Source of the DNA: Takakia lepidozioides
Lineage: Eukaryota > Plantae > Bryophyta
Direction: 5' to 3'
Assembly (NCBI GenBank): GCA_030704615.1
Contig: CM060732.1
Span: forward strand, 22,072,001 to 22,136,000
Length of the DNA stretch: 64,000 bases
This document shows positions 61,494 to 64,000 of this stretch, one piece after another. A model generated the notes under the pieces. That model searched no databases, had not been told where the DNA came from, and saw only the letters and a program-made list of their open reading frames with translations. Numbering within the stretch: position 1 is the stretch's first letter; each line of letters begins with the position of its first letter. Both the position numbers and the translations under genes were made by a program.

Positions 61494-64000
61494 AAGATGA
61501 AGAGCCTGCAACGCGGCCGTAATATTTGATGTCATGGCATTGTTCAACAACATGACAATATCATCTGCGTATAGCGAAGTTTTGATAAATGCAGGAGCAG
61601 GTAGCGAATGGCGGATTTGAAGGCCCTGAATGTGCGAACTAGAATCAAGAAGATGTCCAAGACAATCTGCCGCAAACAAGAAAAGAAAGGGGGCCAACGG
61701 GCAACCTTGCCGAATAGAACAATGTAATTGAAAGGCCGAGGAGAGGATACCATTCACCAGGACTTTGCTGGAAGCTGAAGAGAGCAGGATCTTGACCCAT
61801 TGAAGAAAGCTCCCTCACAATCCTAGCTTGTGCATAGCACCCAAGAGGAAGTCCCAATCCACATTGTCGAACGCTTTTTCGAAGTCCAACATAAGCAGGG
61901 CCAGAGGTTGATCTGATTCACAAGCAAGTTGTAAGGCTTCAAGGGCCAAGAGGATATTATCTAGGATCATCCTGTTGCTCATGAAACCAGTCTGATCAGG
62001 TCGCACTAGCTTATGAAGGAAGGGCTGTAATCTCTGCGTGAGAGCCTTAGCAATAATTTTATAGGTTGAATTGAGCAAGGTGATGGGTCTATAATTGGAA
62101 ATAATATCTCTATCGCCCTTCTTGAAAATCAAGGTAATGACTCCTTGAGAAAGTTGGGAAGGCATAATGCCCTTATGAATGATGTCGTTTGCCATGAGGA
62201 GAAAATCATCTCCCAAATTGCTCCAAAGGGCTTTGAAAAACTCCACGGGAAGTCCATCAAGGCCCGGCGATTTTAGAGAGGGCAGGGCTTCCATGGCATC
62301 ACGCAATTCATCTACCGAGAATGGAGCTGATAGAGATAAGGATTCTTCTAGGGATAAAATTTTGGGAACACAGTCCAGGACTCTATGTCTCGAGTCCACA
62401 GTGTCCATAGAAATTGTGGGGCGAGCAAAAAGATTGGAGAAATAGGATGCAACCACCGAAGCCATTGCCTTGGGGCTAGAGTGGGATGTGTACATACGAT
62501 CTCCGAGAGAGCATATGGAAACAACCGACTGACGCTGTTTAGCCTTCTGAAAAAAATACTCCGACATTTTTTCACCCTTCAATGACCAGGACACCCCCGC
62601 TTTCCTTTTCATGTTGAGCTCTTTTAAGGCGCGGAGCTCAACTAGTTCACGCCTGGCCTGGAATAGCAACTGGAAAGTGACAGGGCCCACCAGGTTAGAC
62701 TCAACCAACCATTGACAGTGGGCAATTGTTTTCAGAAGGACTTTCTCCTTTCTAGCCCTATCTTCCGCCATCTGTCTAGACAAGTATTGAGCTCTGGATC
62801 TGGTAGCAGCGAGCTTAGAAAGAAATATGATTGAAGGAGAGGCAAAAGAATTACCCGCCTCTTGCCATACCCTTCCTAGGTCCTGCACCATAGGAATGGA
62901 TTTAAGAAGAGAAGGGTTTAGCTTGAAGAAACCTCTACCCCTGCGGTGGAGCCCAGGCACTTTTAACTGAACTGAGACCAGCGCATGATCGAAGTCAGGT
63001 AAGATAGGGGGAAGGGGGAGTGGAGAGATCCAAGAGGAGGCTGTGGGAGAAGAATAAAACCTGTCCAGCTTGGCCATGCCTAAATCAGGAGGGCGTCTAT
63101 TAATAGACCAAGTGAATCTAAGAGAAGAACGCACAAAACGGAAGGAATCGGAGAGGCCAACTGAAAAGCAAAGACGATCCCAGGCTGCTTGTTCTTCAGT
63201 AGATAAGGACTGAGAGGATGGCCCCAGCCTGTCAGAGAGACATTCTACCATATTAAAATCACCTCCTAGGATCCAGTTATCTACCTCCGGTGCTTTAGAA
63301 TTGATTCATGAATTGAGGCCCAGAAATCTATTCGCTCAGAAGTGGAGTTAGGAGCATATATGTTTATGAAAGCTGAAGCCCCAAAAACAGAGGAGCTAAC
63401 TGTGAAAGCACATTGAGCCCTACCTGGCATCCAAATGTCTATTTTTGAAAAGCAATTACCCAACGAAGGCGAGACAAGGATGGCAGTACCACCTCTAGAG
63501 TCTACTAAAGTCGGGTTCCACCATGCCAGGGTGGAGGGCCAGATTGACTGTCCTAAGGAAACAATTTTCCTTGCAGAAAGCTTATGCTCTTGCAGGAACA
63601 AAATGTTATTAAGAGGTAAAAGAGAGGAGGCCCAATTCCGGATTCTACTTCGTTTGGGCACAGACCCCTCGGAGCCGATTCCTCTAATGTTCCAAGAGTA
63701 TAGATTCCAACTCATGTAGGCTGAACTGCGAAGCCCGTGACTGATTCACGATTTGATGGCTGTAGGGGAGTAACCTCGAACGTCAGTCGGGGGTCGGTAG
63801 GAAGAAGAGAAGGCACCCATTTGTAACCCGATGGAGCCGAGACTTTCAAGGATCCCACAAACGAGATTGTAACACTGTTAGGGCACAAAGAAACGGAGAT
63901 GGAGCAAGGCCAGACAATTCTCTTAAGGACTGAGCTAGATAGCAGAGAATGCATGGAGACCTTCAGAAATTTTGATATAAAAAACAATCCTTCATGCGAG
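61494..64000 (-). mobile_element. L1-type LINE, 5' part (end of ORF1, APE endonuclease, RT)
   Basis: SWNIRG, FLQEHK, NIYAPN (63281-63715), GGDFN, KSPGLDGLPVEFF, NYRPITLLN, LDFEKAFD (61815-63251), IRQGCPLAP and LYADD (61494-61757), with frameshifts. It continues at 48469. Confidence 0.95.

Overview
This is eukaryotic nuclear DNA from a land plant, probably a non-seed plant (an inference from gene structure and TE types). It holds two multi-exon host genes: a cyclic-nucleotide-gated channel (CNGC, 11986-17197, +) and a CLU/FRIENDLY clustered-mitochondria gene (23862-44942, +, about 25 exons, with an 8.1-kb LINE-filled intron). The surrounding TE landscape includes a decayed Ty3/gypsy, two tRNA-derived SINEs, a Tourist-like MITE and two LINE families. 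The main object is a 13.0-kb Mutator-like DNA transposon (48470-61493) with a 9-bp target duplication and 23-bp imperfect TIRs, inserted into the RT region of an L1-type LINE. It carries a GCM-like/DDE/SWIM transposase on + and, divergently on -, a spliced gene fusing a ParB/Srx-like domain (WDGNHRLVA) to a bacterial-type beta-class N4/N6 DNA methyltransferase domain. About 31 copies of a 28-bp palindrome (ATTAAGATGTCGT-CA/TG-ACGACATCTTAAT) occur only inside this element and only in non-coding parts, including a 16-unit array with an 81-bp period. This looks like a self-contained protein-plus-cognate-site (ParB/parS-like or VANC-like) module on a transposon. This copy is mutated by premature stops; function and novelty are untested.
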